From positions 1 to 64,000 of the forward strand of contig CAVSGP010000010.1 in assembly GCA_963727505.1 (NCBI GenBank): a stretch of DNA of 64,000 bases, written 5' to 3'. Positions within the stretch are counted from its first letter, which is position 1. Each line of letters begins with the position of its first letter. The notes beneath the pieces were generated by a model. It ran no database searches. It was given only the letters and a program-made list of their open reading frames with translations, and was not told the origin of the DNA. Shown here one piece after another: positions 41,682 through 54,243 of the stretch. Origin of the DNA: an uncultured Trueperaceae bacterium (GTDB taxonomy: Bacteria > Deinococcota > Deinococci > Deinococcales > Trueperaceae). The position numbers and the translations under genes were made by a program.

Positions 41682-42677
41682 GTGAATCAGAGCGGTAGCC
41701 AGCGTGCCGGTGTCACGGCGCTGGGCGCGTACGCGCCTGCGCGCATCCTGACCAACCAGGACCTCGAGGCGATGATGGACACCTCGGACGAGTGGATCAC
41801 CACCCGGACCGGGATCAAGCGTCGTCACATCGCCGCGGAGAACGAGTTCACCACCGACCTGGCCTTCAGCGCCGTCGAGGACCTGCTGGCCCGCCACGGC
41901 GACGATGCCCTGGCCGGCGTGGACATGGTGATCGTGGCGACCAACACGCCCGACGCCCTGTTCCCGTCGACGGCGGCGATGGTACAGGACCGCTTCCGGC
42001 TCCGCGCCGGCGGCTTCGACATGCTGGCGGGTTGCCCCGGCTGGATCTACTCGCTGGGCATGGCCAAGTCGCTGGTGGAGTCGGGTCAGTGCCGGCGGGT
42101 GCTGGCGATCGGGGCCGAGGCGCTCACCAAGATCACCAACTGGGACGACCGCTCCACCGCCGTGCTGTTCGGCGACGGCGCCGGCGCGGTGGTGGTGGAG
42201 GCGGTCGACGAGCCCTACGGCCTGCGCTCGGTGGTGCTCGGCGCCGACGGCTCGGGCGCGCACCACCTGCACAAACGCTCGGTCGCCCACTCCCTGCCCA
42301 ACGGCGACCCGCTCTCCGAGACGCTCTACATGAACGGCCGCGAGGTCTTCAAGTTCGCCGTCAGGGTGATGAACACCGCCACCATCGAGGCGGTCGAGAA
42401 GGCCGGCCTGCACATCGACGACATCAGCCTGTTCGTGCCGCATCAGGCGAACCTGCGCATCATCGAGGCCGCCCGCGAGCGGCTGGGGCTGCCACGCGAG
42501 CGCGTGGTCGTGACGGTCGACGAGTACGGCAACAACTCCACGGCCAGCATCCCGCTGGCGCTGCACACCGCCCTCGACGACGGCCGCATCGAGCCCGGCG
42601 ACAACCTGCTGCTGGTCAGCTTCGGCGCCGGCCTCACCTGGGCCGCCGCCGTCCTGACCTGGGGGGGCGGGGCGTGA
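41682..42677 (+). CDS. fabH: Beta-ketoacyl-ACP synthase III
   Basis: DTSDEWI..RTGI, AGCPG, FGDGAGA, PHQAN.RII, GNNSTASIP. Confidence 0.95.
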   Translation: MNQSGSQRAGVTALGAYAPARILTNQDLEAMMDTSDEWITTRTGIKRRHIAAENEFTTDLAFSAVEDLLARHGDDALAGVDMVIVATNTPDALFPSTAAMVQDRFRLRAGGFDMLAGCPGWIYSLGMAKSLVESGQCRRVLAIGAEALTKITNWDDRSTAVLFGDGAGAVVVEAVDEPYGLRSVVLGADGSGAHHLHKRSVAHSLPNGDPLSETLYMNGREVFKFAVRVMNTATIEAVEKAGLHIDDISLFVPHQANLRIIEAARERLGLPRERVVVTVDEYGNNSTASIPLALHTALDDGRIEPGDNLLLVSFGAGLTWAAAVLTWGGGA

Positions 42678-43619
42678 GCGCGGCCCCGAGCCGCGGCGAC
42701 GCCGGACTCGCCGTCGTCTTCCCCGGCCAGGGCTCGCAGGCGGTCGGCATGGCGAGGAGCTTCTACGACCACAGCGCCGCCGCCCGCAAGGTGCTGGACG
42801 AGGCCGAGGCGGCCCTCCCGGGCCTGCTGGAGCTGATGTGGGAGGGCCCGGCCGAGAGCGCTGCAGCTCACCGCCAACCAGCAGCCCGCGCTGGTCGCCG
42901 CCGGCGCCGCCGCCTTCGCCGCCTGGCGCGAGGCGGGCGGGCCCGAGCCGCGCTACGCCGCCGGGCACAGCCTGGGGGAGTACACCGCGCACGTCGCCGC
43001 AGGCTCGCTCAGCGTGGCCGAAGCGGTCTAGCTGGTGCGCGCCCGCGGCACCTACATGCAGGAGGCGGTGCCCGAGGGTGAAGGCGCCATGGCGGCGGTC
43101 ATGAAGCTCGACGCCGCCGCCATCCGCAACGCCTGCAAGCACGTCGACGGGGTGGCGGAGGTGGCCAACCTCAACGCCCCCGGACAGACCGTCATCTCCG
43201 GGGAGGCCGCCGCCGTGGCCGCCGCCGCCGAGCGCCTCAAGGCCGACGGCGGGCGGGTGGTGCCGCTCAAGGTGTCCGCCCCCTTCCACTGCAGCCTGAT
43301 GCAGCCCGCGGCCGACCGGCTGGCGCAGGACCTGGGCCGCGTGCGCTTCAAGGAGCCGGCCTTCGGCATCGTCTGCAACGTCACGGCCGACCTGCTGCCC
43401 GAGGCGGCGGAGGCGCCCGACCTGCTCACCCGGCAGGTCACCTCGCCGGTGCGGTGGGTGGAGTCGGTCAAGCACCTGCGCGCGCTGGGCGCGCGACGCT
43501 TCGTGGAGCTGGGCGCCGGCAAGGTGCTCACCGGACTGATCGTTCGCATCCTCGACGGCGTCGACGCCGTGAGCGTGCCCGACATGGACGCGCTGCGCGC
43601 GGCGCTGGAGGCGGCGTGA
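42674..43619 (+). CDS. fabD: Malonyl-CoA:ACP transacylase (frameshift ~42857 and in-frame TAG at 43029; probably assembly errors)
   Basis: FPGQGSQ, GHSLGEY, SAPFH, SPVRW. Confidence 0.88.
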
Positions 43620-44376
43620 GCGGCGAACGCCGGCGCAGACGGCGCGCAACGCGCTGGTCACGGGCTCGAGCCGCGGCCTGGGCCGCGCCATCGCGATCGA
43701 GCTGGGCCGTCGCGGCTACCGCGTGGCGGTGCACTACGTCCGCAGCGAGGCGCCGGCGCACGAGGTCGCCGACGCGATCCGCGCGGCCGGCGGGGTGGCC
43801 GAGGTGTTCGGCGCCGACGTCGCCGACCCGGCGGCCTGTCAGCAGCTGGTGAAGGACGTGACGAACAGCCTCGGCGGACTCGAGGTGCTGGTGAACAACG
43901 CCGGCATCACCCGCGACACGCTGGCGCTGCGCATGAAGCCCGACGACTGGCAGAGCGTGCTCGACACCAACCTGTCCGGCGCGTTCCACCTCTCCAAGGC
44001 CGCGCTGCGAGGCATGTTGCGCAGCGAGCACGGCCGCATCGTCAACATCGCCTCGATCGTGGGCATCCGCGGCAACGTCGGGCAGGCCAACTACGTCGCC
44101 GCCAAGGCGGGTCTGATCGGCCTCACCAAAGCGCTGGCGCGCGAGTACGGATCGCGCGGCGTGACCGTCAACGCCGTCGCGCCCGGCTTCATCGAGTCGG
44201 ACATGACGGCCGCACTGACGGAAGAGCTCAGGCAGGCGTACCTGAAGGAGATCCCTGCAGGACGCTTCGGACGCCCCGAGGACGTCGCCGCCGCGGTGGC
44301 GTTCCTCGCCAGCGAGGAGGCCGCCTACATCAACGGGCAGACGCTGCCGGTTGACGGTGGCATGGTCATGCCGTAA
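43616..44376 (+). CDS. fabG: 3-oxoacyl-ACP reductase (frameshift in the first ~12 codons)
   Basis: TGSSRGLG, NNAGITRD, NYVAAKAG, DGGM. Confidence 0.92.
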
Positions 44377-44633
44377 TGTTTTCGGGGCTCCGGACCGGTG
44401 TCGGCAGCTGCGCCTGAAGCGCGCGGCGCCGTACCCTCGGCCGGGAAAGCCGGATCGGACCGCGTGTCGGAGTGCCGGGAACCGCCCCGCAACAGTCGCC
44501 GTGAAGCAGCCTCGACGACCGCCGAGAACGGCGGCGTGGCCGCACGGACCGATGAAGGAAGCGCGCAGGTGCCGTGCTAGAATCACCAGGATTCAGTCGC
44601 GGTAACCCACGCCTGCGTGAGGAGGAGCGAACG

Positions 44634-44873
44634 ATGGACGAGCAGGAGATTCTCGAGAAGATCAAGGAGGTCGTCGCCGACAAGCTGGATGCCGACCCCG
44701 GCGACGTGACCGAAAGCGCCTCCTTCGTGGACGACCTGGGCGCGGACTCGCTCGACGTAGTCGAGCTCGTCATGGGCCTCGAGGACGAGTTCGGCGTCGA
44801 GATCAGCGACGAGGAAGCGGAGAACATCCGCACCGTCGGCGACGCGGTCAAGTTCATCTCGGCCAAACAGTGA
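44634..44873 (+). CDS. acpP: Acyl carrier protein
   Basis: [15 protein letters not shown]; strong RBS; extended -10 TGCTAGAAT at 44575. Confidence 0.97.
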   Translation: MDEQEILEKIKEVVADKLDADPGDVTESASFVDDLGADSLDVVELVMGLEDEFGVEISDEEAENIRTVGDAVKFISAKQ

Positions 44874-44881
44874 CCTAGCGC

Positions 44882-44912
44882 TCTTCCCGCCGGGAACGTC
44901 CCGGCGGGAAGA
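44882..44912 (+). terminator. Hairpin after acpP
   Basis: TCTTCCCGCCGGGA...TCCCGGCGGGAAGA. Confidence 0.65.
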
Positions 44913-44999
44913 CGCCTGGCGTGGGGAACCAACCGCGCGCGTGATGCGCGCGGTATCGAACAGGCCGCTCGGGCGCGGTCCGGTATCGTGGTGGAACTT

Positions 45000-46229
<1,230 letters not shown>

Positions 46230-46240
46230 CGGAGCCCTCC

Positions 46241-47179
46241 CTGAGCCTCTACGTAGGCGTCGACGGCGGCGGCAGCAAGACCCGCGTGGTGGCCGTCGAC
46301 GGCGGCGGTGTGGTGCGCCTCGACGCGCTGGCCGACGGGTGCGACCTGCCGGCGCGCGGCGAAGCGTTCGTGCGCCGGGTCCTCGCGGAGGTGCGCGGCC
46401 GGGTGGCGGAGGCGGCGGCCGCCGCAACCGCCGAGCCCGTGTTGGCCCTGGGGTTGCCCGCCTACGGCGAGACCCCCTCCTGGGACGAAGCGCTCGACCG
46501 CCTGGCGGCCGAAGCGTTCGCGCCCTGGCGCTACCGCACCTACAACGACGTCCGCCTCGCCCTCGAAGGGGCGCTCCCGGATGGCGCGGGCGTGCTGGTG
46601 CTCTCCGGCACCGGATCGATGGCCTGGGGCAAGGACGGCGCCGGGCACGAAGCGCGCTGCGGGGGCTGGGGCACGCTGCTCGGCGACGAGGGGAGCGGTT
46701 TCGACCTGGGGGTGGGCGCCCTGCGGGCCGCCTGCCGGGCCGCCGACGGCCGCGGGCCCGGCACCCGGCTCGAGACCGACGTGCCCGCAGCGCTCGCCGT
46801 GCCCGACATGCACGCCGCGCTGGCGCTGCTGAGCGAGCTGCCTCAACCTCCGCGCGCCCGGGTCGCGTCGCTGGCGCGCGCCGTGGCGCGCGCGGCCGAG
46901 GACGGGGACGCCGTGGCCGTGGAGCTCGTCGTCGGGGCCGCGCGGGAGCTGGCCGATCTCGTCGACGCCCTGCGCGTGCGCCTGGGTCTCGGGGCGGCCG
47001 TTCCGGTGTCGACGGCGGGCGGGAGCTTCCGCAGCCCGGTGCTGGCGACGGCGTTCGCAGCCGCGCTGGCAGGGCGCGGTTACGGCGCGCCGCGCCCGCC
47101 CCGGCATGCACCGGCCTTCGGCGGGGCCCTGCTGGCGGGGCTGCCGCCCGAGCGCCTGCAGCCTGCCGGGAGCAGCTGA
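46241..47179 (+). CDS. BadF/BadG/BcrA/BcrD-type ATPase (GlcNAc-kinase-like); start uncertain
   Basis: GVDGGGSKT, ND, LSGTGS, GGWGTLLGDEGSG. Confidence 0.85.
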   Translation: MSLYVGVDGGGSKTRVVAVDGGGVVRLDALADGCDLPARGEAFVRRVLAEVRGRVAEAAAAATAEPVLALGLPAYGETPSWDEALDRLAAEAFAPWRYRTYNDVRLALEGALPDGAGVLVLSGTGSMAWGKDGAGHEARCGGWGTLLGDEGSGFDLGVGALRAACRAADGRGPGTRLETDVPAALAVPDMHAALALLSELPQPPRARVASLARAVARAAEDGDAVAVELVVGAARELADLVDALRVRLGLGAAVPVSTAGGSFRSPVLATAFAAALAGRGYGAPRPPRHAPAFGGALLAGLPPERLQPAGSS

Positions 47180-47388
47180 GCCGGATCGAGGCGTCGCCCG
47201 CTGCGGGCGGCGGCACATGCGTCGATCCACTCCATCTCGACCTCGTTGTTGAGCGAACTCGTCGAAGTTGGGCGTTTGTCCGTTGATGGTTGCTCGAAAC
47301 CGCTCCTATGATGGAAGGGCACATCAACCGAACCGGGGCTCCGCCCCGACCCTTGCACACCTGGACACGGAAGGATCAGGGGGTACGC

Positions 47389-48624
47389 ATGAAACGCCGC
47401 CATTCACTCGCAATGCTGCTCGGCCTGGCGCTCTCGATGGTGCTCGGCCTCGCCAGCGCGACCACGGTCACGGTAGAGATCCCGAAATACTCCGACGCCA
47501 CCAAGCCCTTCTTCGAGGGCGCCGCCAAGGCCTTCATGCAGGATCACCCGGACATCAAGATCAACATCCAGGAGACCTCCTGGGACAACCTGCATCAGGT
47601 GCTGGTCACCGACATCGCCGCGAAGAAGGCGCCCGACATCTCCATCATCGGCACGCGCTGGCTTCCCGAGTACATCTCCTCGAACGTCGCGATGCCGCTC
47701 GACCTGCCGTCGTCGTTCACCGACCGCTTCATCCCGGCCTTCCTGACCCCGTCGTCGATCCAGGGGCAGCTCTACGGCCTGCCCTGGGCTGCGTCGGACC
47801 GGGCGCTGATCTACAACAAGGACCTGTTCAAGCAGGCCGGCATCACGGATCCGCCCAAGACCTGGGATGAACTCCAGGCCGACGCCGCCAAGATCGCCAA
47901 GCTGCCCGGCCGCTACGGCTTCGGGCTGCAGGGCTCGCAGATCGAGACCGACGTCTACTACTACTACTTCCTGTGGGGCGCCGGCGGCGAGATCGTCGGA
48001 GCGGACGGCAACAGCGGGCTGCATTCGCAAGCCGCCAGCGAGGCGCTGACCTACCTCAAGGGCCTGGTCGACGCCAAGGTGGTCGAGCCGAACGTCACCA
48101 GCAACACGCGCGAGGACCTGCGCACGCTGTTCGGGCAGGGCCGCCTCGGCATGTTCATCTACCTGCCGCCCGTCATCGGCTGGCTCAAGGACAACGCCCC
48201 GAACGTCGACTACGGCATCGCGCCGCTGCCCTACAAGACCACGCCGGTCACCTACGCCGTCACCGACACGATCATGATGTACAAGCCGTCGGTCACGGGC
48301 GCCTCGGACCAGCAGGTGAAGGACGCCCAGACCTTCCTGGAGTACATCTTCAGCAAGGACAACCGCGTCAACTACAACAAGCAGGAGGGCTTCCTGCCGG
48401 TGCTGCAGGACGTCGCGACGGACCCCTTCTTCACCAACAACGAGAAGCTGAACGCCTTCGTGCAGCTCCTCCCCGACGCCAAGTTCGCGCCGATCATCCC
48501 CAACTGGGAGAAGATCGCGCAGCGCACCACCACCATGCTGCAGAACGTCTACCTCGGCAAGGAGCAGCCGCAGCCCGCGCTCGACGCGGCCGCCTCGGAC
48601 ATCGACCAGGTCCTGAAGCAGTAG
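47389..48624 (+). CDS. Carbohydrate ABC transporter substrate-binding protein
   Basis: Signal peptide; LYGLPW, YNKDLFKQAGI..PPKTWDEL. Confidence 0.92.
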   Translation: MKRRHSLAMLLGLALSMVLGLASATTVTVEIPKYSDATKPFFEGAAKAFMQDHPDIKINIQETSWDNLHQVLVTDIAAKKAPDISIIGTRWLPEYISSNVAMPLDLPSSFTDRFIPAFLTPSSIQGQLYGLPWAASDRALIYNKDLFKQAGITDPPKTWDELQADAAKIAKLPGRYGFGLQGSQIETDVYYYYFLWGAGGEIVGADGNSGLHSQAASEALTYLKGLVDAKVVEPNVTSNTREDLRTLFGQGRLGMFIYLPPVIGWLKDNAPNVDYGIAPLPYKTTPVTYAVTDTIMMYKPSVTGASDQQVKDAQTFLEYIFSKDNRVNYNKQEGFLPVLQDVATDPFFTNNEKLNAFVQLLPDAKFAPIIPNWEKIAQRTTTMLQNVYLGKEQPQPALDAAASDIDQVLKQ

Positions 48625-48656
48625 GCGCGCCAACGTCGTAGCCTGATCGCAAGTGC

Positions 48657-48694
48657 CGGTGTTCCCGGGGCGGAGACCCGCCCCGGGAACACCG
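48657..48694 (+). terminator. Perfect 17-bp intercistronic hairpin after the SBP gene
   Basis: CGGTGTTCCCGGGGCGG-AGAC-CCGCCCCGGGAACACCG. Confidence 0.7.
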
Positions 48695-48713
48695 AGTCAG
48701 GAGAGGACCCCCG

Positions 48714-49619
48714 TTGGCCGCGCGTCGCAGCAGGCCCACCGCCACCGCCTTCAACGAACAGGCGTTCGCATACCTGCTGCTTGCGCCGGCCTTCCTGCTC
48801 GCCATCGCGGTGGTGGGCTACCCCATCCTCAACACCGTCGTCACCGCCTTCTCCAAGACCAACGCGGTCGGGCAGCTCGCCGGGCCCGCGGGCTTCGCCA
48901 ACTTCCGGCAGATCTTCAGCGACCCCATCTTCCTGCAGGCGCTGTGGCGCACGGCGCTGTGGACGCTGTGGGTGGTCGGGCTCACCACCATCGTGTCGAT
49001 GCTGCTGGCCCTCATCCTCTACGAGGACCTGCGCGGCAAGCGGGTGTTCCAGCTCATCCTGCTGATCCCCTGGGCCACCTCGGTCACCATGACCACGATC
49101 GCCTGGATGTGGACCATCAACGGCCAGGTGGGGCTCATCAGCAACACCCTGCAGGTGTGGGGCTGGATCCCCGAGCCTCTGGGCTTCCTGGCGCGCGGCC
49201 CGTCGGCGCTGGTGGTCGCCATCGCCATCGGCATCGTGGTGTCGATCCCGTTCACCACGTCGGTGCTCGTCTCGGGGCTGCACTCCATCCCCGAAGAGAT
49301 CCTGGAGGCCGGGGTGCTCGACGGCGCCTTCGGCTGGGCGCGCTTCCGCTATCTGATCATGCCCATGCTCGGGCCCTTCCTGACGATCACCCTGGTCATC
49401 AACCTGATCAACGTCTTCAACAGCTTCCCCATCATCTGGACGCTCACGCAGGGCGGCCCGGCGCACGGCACCGAGGTCGTCGTGACCTATCTGTACACGA
49501 CCGCCTTCCGCTTCAACGAGTTCGGCCAGGCGGCGGCCATGTCGCTGATCACCTTCATCATCCTGCTGGCGCTGTCCATCGCCTTCTCGGTGCAGACCAT
49601 GCGCACGAGGCTGTCGTGA
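48714..49619 (+). CDS. Carbohydrate ABC transporter permease
   Basis: EAGVLDGA loop, TQGGP. Confidence 0.92.
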   Translation: MAARRSRPTATAFNEQAFAYLLLAPAFLLAIAVVGYPILNTVVTAFSKTNAVGQLAGPAGFANFRQIFSDPIFLQALWRTALWTLWVVGLTTIVSMLLALILYEDLRGKRVFQLILLIPWATSVTMTTIAWMWTINGQVGLISNTLQVWGWIPEPLGFLARGPSALVVAIAIGIVVSIPFTTSVLVSGLHSIPEEILEAGVLDGAFGWARFRYLIMPMLGPFLTITLVINLINVFNSFPIIWTLTQGGPAHGTEVVVTYLYTTAFRFNEFGQAAAMSLITFIILLALSIAFSVQTMRTRLS

Positions 49620-49674
49620 GCGGCGCGCGGCACCGGCGAGCGTTCCGGGCCAGGCCGGCCGTGGGAGCGCTGCC

Positions 49675-50502
49675 GTGAGGAACCCCATCGTCAAGGGCCT
49701 CGCCTACGCGTTCCTGACGGTCATCTCGATCGTCATCCTGCTGCCCTACCTGATCATGCTGATCACCTCGCTGAAGACCCGGCAGGAGGTCTTCGCGTTC
49801 CCGCCGCCCTGGATCCCCAAGAGCTTCTACATCGGCAACTTCATCGACCTGTTCACCAAGGTCGAGTTCGGCCACGCCATGCTCAACAGCATCATCGCCG
49901 TCGGCTCGGCCACCGTCCTGACGCTCCTGATCGCCACGCCGGCGGCGTACGCCATCGCGCGGCTGCGCTTCCGGGGCCGCAACTGGGTGGTGTCGATCTT
50001 CCTGGTCACCCAGATGTTCAAGCCGGTGGTCATCATCGTGGGGATGTTCCAGGTGATGGTCTTCTACCATCTGCTCGACAACCTGGTCTCCGTCATCCTG
50101 GCCTACGCCACGTTCAACCTGGCGTTCAGCATCTGGATGCTGTCGAGCTACTTCCAGACCATCCCACCCGCCATCGAGGAGGCCGCCTGGATCGACGGCG
50201 CGTCGCGCTGGACGGCCATCCGCACCATCTTCGTGCCCATGGCGAGGCCGGGGATGGTGGTCGCCTTCCTGTTCTCCTTCGTGGCCGGCTGGAACGACCT
50301 GGTGCTGGCGCTGAGCTTCCTGCGCTCGTCGGGCAACTACACCGCGACGCTCGACATCTTCAGCCTGGTCAGCGGCCAGTACGTGGTGGAGTGGCAGCTC
50401 GTCATGGCCGCGGTGCTGATGGCGACCGTGCCGGTGGTCATCATGTTCGGCTTCGTGCAGCGCTACTTCGTGGAGGGGTTCACGGCCGGCGCGGTGCGCT
50501 GA
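49675..50502 (+). CDS. Carbohydrate ABC transporter permease
   Basis: IEEAAWIDGA, VQRYFVEG. Confidence 0.92.
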   Translation: MRNPIVKGLAYAFLTVISIVILLPYLIMLITSLKTRQEVFAFPPPWIPKSFYIGNFIDLFTKVEFGHAMLNSIIAVGSATVLTLLIATPAAYAIARLRFRGRNWVVSIFLVTQMFKPVVIIVGMFQVMVFYHLLDNLVSVILAYATFNLAFSIWMLSSYFQTIPPAIEEAAWIDGASRWTAIRTIFVPMARPGMVVAFLFSFVAGWNDLVLALSFLRSSGNYTATLDIFSLVSGQYVVEWQLVMAAVLMATVPVVIMFGFVQRYFVEGFTAGAVR

Positions 50503-50611
50503 GACGAGCCTCCCGCTTCGGGCTCCGTAGCGCGATCCCGGACCCGCCGATAACGCTCCAGTAACGCCGTATTGCCTAGCCTCCTTCCGTAAGGAAGGAA
50601 AGGAGAGGCCC

Positions 50612-53236
50612 ATGCGACGTTCCCATCGGCCGGCGCCCGTGCTGGCGATCCTCGTTCTCACGCTGTCGACGCTGGCGATCACCGCCCTGCTCGCCGCCTG
50701 CGGGGGAGGCGCCACCAGCACCCCGCCACCCGACACCACGGCACCGAGCCTCACCATCACCTCACAGACCACCGCGGCCGGCGCAACCTACCACCTGACC
50801 GGGAAGACCAGCGACAACGTCGGGGCGACCAAGATCACCTACACGGTGGACGGCGGCCCCACCAAGACCGTCGACCTCACGGGCGGTACCTTCGACATCA
50901 CCGTCACGCTGCAGGCCGGTCAGAACACGATCGACGTGAAGGCGTACGACGCGGCCGGGAACGTCAAGGACGTGGTCTTCCACGTCACGTACACGCCGCC
51001 GCCGGGAACGACCGGCAGCCTGAAGGTGACGATCCAGAACCTGCCGTCCGGCTCGCCCGCGAACGTCGACGTGACCGGCCCTTCGAGCTACAGCAAGAAC
51101 GTCACGGGAACGACCACGCTGAACAACCTTGCGCCGGGCACGTACACCATCACGCCGCACGACGTCTTCGTCAACCTCGTCGACTTCAAGGGCGCGGCCA
51201 CGCCGAGCTCGGTGAGCGTCACCGCCGGGGCCACCGCCTCGACGACCGTCGCCTACACCGCGACCTACGGCTTCCTCGACCTCACCGTGACCGGCCTGCC
51301 GAGCGGCGTGAACGCCGATATCACCGTCACCGGCCCGGGCTCCTACAGCCAGAGCGTCACGAAGACCACCACCCTCAGCGCGCTGAACAAGGGCGACTAC
51401 ACGATCACGGCGAAGAACGTGACGCAGACGACCACCAAGGACGCCTTCTCGCCGACCGTGACGGGCTCGCCGGCGTCGGTGGTTCCGAGCCAGCACACCA
51501 CAGCTTCCGTCGCCTACGCGCGGACCACCGATCACCTCACCGTCAACATCAGCGGTCTGCCAAGCGGGGCGAATGCCGCCGTGACGGTCACCGGCAACAA
51601 GGGGTTCGGGCAGTCCATCACCGGAACGACGACCCTGACGGGTCTCGCCGACGACACCTACACCGTCACCGCAGCCAACGTGAGCTCGGGCGGGAAGACC
51701 TACGTGCCGACCGCCAGCAGCCAGCAGGTCCAGTTGCAGAACGGCAAGAACGGCAGCGTCGACGTCGCCTACGCCGTGCCCGCCCCCACCACCGGAACTC
51801 TGACGGTGACGATCTCCGGGCTGAAGAACGGGGCGCCGGGCTACGTCAAGGTGACGGGGCCGTCCGGTTCCGGCACGCCGGCGAGCTACACGCTGCAAGC
51901 CGATGCGACGCTCAACAACCTGGCGCCTGGCACCTACACCGTCACCGTCAACAACGTCTCCGGGAACCTTTACGACTACACCGGCACGGCCGCGCAAGCC
52001 AGCGTCACCGTCCCCTCCGGCGGATCGGCGACCGATAGCGTCACCTACACGGCGACGACCGGAGCCCTGTCCCTGGCGATGACGGGCCTGCCCGGATCGA
52101 CCGCCGCCGGCGTCAGCATGACCGGACCCGGGGGGCCCTACTTCGCGGACACCACGCACACCTTCGGGCACCTGCAGCCCGCGGCCTACACCCTCGCGAC
52201 GAAACAGGTCAAGGGCAGCGACGGCGAGCTCTACGACGACACCGCGGACAACGGAGCGACCGTCCAGGTCACGGCCGGCGCCACGGCCACCAAGACGCTC
52301 GCCTTCGTGCAGGTCTCCGGGGACCTCTCCGTCACCATCAACGGCGGGGTCACGAGCCCGAGGATCGACATCTACGGCGTGGGGACGGTGATCGACACCG
52401 TGACGCAGACGACCACCGTCAAGGGCCTGTACGCTGCGCCCGGCGGAACGACGTACGGGATCGTCCCGAACCCCCTCAAGGAGAGCAACTACGACTGGTC
52501 GGGCACGGTCGTCATGAACAACGCCAACGTGACCAGCGCCCCTATCCAGCGCGGCCAGACGACGAGCGTGTCGGTGAACTACGTCGCCACGACGGGGGCC
52601 ATCTCGCTCATCGTCAACTCGCGCTACGTCGCCGCCGGCAACGTCGACATCACCAAGGTGTCCTCGGGGGCCGCGCTCGTCACGGGCGCGAGTGTCGGGT
52701 TCAACAAGGTCTTCCCCTATCAGCAGCCCGTGAAGTACGCCCTGACGGTGCACCCGGTTCACAGCTCGGATTACGACTATGGGATGCAGGGCTACCAGAC
52801 CATGCCCGTGGACTTCACATACCAGTTCCTGGTCTCAGCAGGCAACACGGCGAGTTTCGACGTCGAGTACGTTCCGATCGACGGCAAGCTGGTGCTGAAC
52901 TTCTCGGGGCCCATCCCCTCGGACTCGGGTGGGAGCACCAAGACGTACACGGCGACGGTCACCGATACGGCCACTGGCAGCACCTACAAGTCGGCCTCCA
53001 AGCAGGTCTCCTCGTCGACGATCAGCACGTCGGTCGCCTACCCGTACACCCCGAACAGCAGCTACGCCGTCACGGCCCCCACGCGCTTCTCGGGCATGGC
53101 GATCTGCAGCACCCTGCCCACAGCCAACTACAAGCAGTACACGCCGACCATCCAGTCGAGCCCGGCGTCCATCACCAGCGGCACCACCACTTCGGTCGCC
53201 GTCATCTACACGGAGACGACGGTCCCATGCAATTGA
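50612..53236 (+). CDS. Thr-rich surface lipoprotein with tandem Ig-like beta-sandwich repeats
   Basis: Lipobox LAAC; DTTAPSLTIT Big-type domain; about 8 repeats resembling L.VTI.GLP...A.VTVTGP. Confidence 0.8.
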   Translation: MRRSHRPAPVLAILVLTLSTLAITALLAACGGGATSTPPPDTTAPSLTITSQTTAAGATYHLTGKTSDNVGATKITYTVDGGPTKTVDLTGGTFDITVTLQAGQNTIDVKAYDAAGNVKDVVFHVTYTPPPGTTGSLKVTIQNLPSGSPANVDVTGPSSYSKNVTGTTTLNNLAPGTYTITPHDVFVNLVDFKGAATPSSVSVTAGATASTTVAYTATYGFLDLTVTGLPSGVNADITVTGPGSYSQSVTKTTTLSALNKGDYTITAKNVTQTTTKDAFSPTVTGSPASVVPSQHTTASVAYARTTDHLTVNISGLPSGANAAVTVTGNKGFGQSITGTTTLTGLADDTYTVTAANVSSGGKTYVPTASSQQVQLQNGKNGSVDVAYAVPAPTTGTLTVTISGLKNGAPGYVKVTGPSGSGTPASYTLQADATLNNLAPGTYTVTVNNVSGNLYDYTGTAAQASVTVPSGGSATDSVTYTATTGALSLAMTGLPGSTAAGVSMTGPGGPYFADTTHTFGHLQPAAYTLATKQVKGSDGELYDDTADNGATVQVTAGATATKTLAFVQVSGDLSVTINGGVTSPRIDIYGVGTVIDTVTQTTTVKGLYAAPGGTTYGIVPNPLKESNYDWSGTVVMNNANVTSAPIQRGQTTSVSVNYVATTGAISLIVNSRYVAAGNVDITKVSSGAALVTGASVGFNKVFPYQQPVKYALTVHPVHSSDYDYGMQGYQTMPVDFTYQFLVSAGNTASFDVEYVPIDGKLVLNFSGPIPSDSGGSTKTYTATVTDTATGSTYKSASKQVSSSTISTSVAYPYTPNSSYAVTAPTRFSGMAICSTLPTANYKQYTPTIQSSPASITSGTTTSVAVIYTETTVPCN

Positions 53237-53432
53237 CCTCCGCGCGTCCGCTGGCTCCATCCGAGAGCTAGGTCTCGTACCCTTCCTGCCTCCCCCCCGC
53301 GCCGGCTTCCCAACCGGCGCGGGGCCCTCCTTGGGATCTCCCGCGATACCCACCACGCGGGGCGACCGGGGCGGCGGCCTCGGGCCGGTGGGGTCAGGCC
53401 GGTGGGGTCGGGTCGCTGCTAGACTTCGCCTC

Positions 53433-54231
53433 ATGGGCCGTCCGAACGAGCACGCCATGATCGAGGCCAACCGCGCCTCCTGGGAAGCGTCGGCGAAGCT
53501 CCACGAGCGCAGCCAACTGCCACGGCTGCTCGAGGGCTTCCGCGGCCCCGGCTTCTCCACGCTCGACGAGGTGGAACGCGGGATCTACGCGTCGATCGGC
53601 GTGGAGGGCAAGCGCGCGCTGCAGGTGTGCTGCAACAACGGCCGCGAGCTACTGTCGGTGGTGCGTCTCGGCGCCGCGAGTGGCGTGGGGGTCGACCTGG
53701 CCGAGGGCAACCTCGCGCAGGCACGGCGTCTGGCACAGGCCGCGGGGTTGCACGAGCGGGTCCGGTTCGTCCAGGGCAACGCCCTGGAGCTGCCCGACGA
53801 GCTGGGGCCGGTTCGACCTCGCCTTCCTCACCGTCGGCGCGCTGGGATGGCTGCCCCGGCTGCAACCGCTGTTCGACGGGGTGGCGAGGCTCCTGACGGA
53901 CGGCGGGCACCTGTTCGTCTACGAGATGCACCCGCTCCTCGACATGTTCGAGCCGGACACCGGCACCACGGTCCGGCGCGACTACTTCTCGCGCGAGCCG
54001 GTGGCCGACGAGAGCGGCCCCGACTACTACGAACCCGACAAGGTGGTGGACGCCCCGTCGTACTGGTTCCACCACACCCTGGCCGACGTCATCGGGGGTT
54101 GTCTGGAGGCGGGGCTGGTCCTCGAGCGCTTCGAGGAGTACCCGCACGACGTCTCGATGGTCTACCGCGCCTTCGAGGACCTGCCGCTGCGGCCGCCGCT
54201 CAGCTACACGCTGGTGGCGCGCAAGGGGTAG
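53433..54231 (+). CDS. Class I SAM-dependent methyltransferase (frameshift ~53805)
   Basis: NRASW, LQVCCNNG, GVDL; FDL..GALGWLP, YEMHP in the second frame. Confidence 0.8.
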
Positions 54232-54243
54232 CGAGGTCCCGGG

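Noticed and set aside
43029..43031. Amber (TAG) recoding in fabD
   Set aside because: TAG is a normal stop for mgsA, fabF and others; the same gene also has an indel, so a base-call error is more likely
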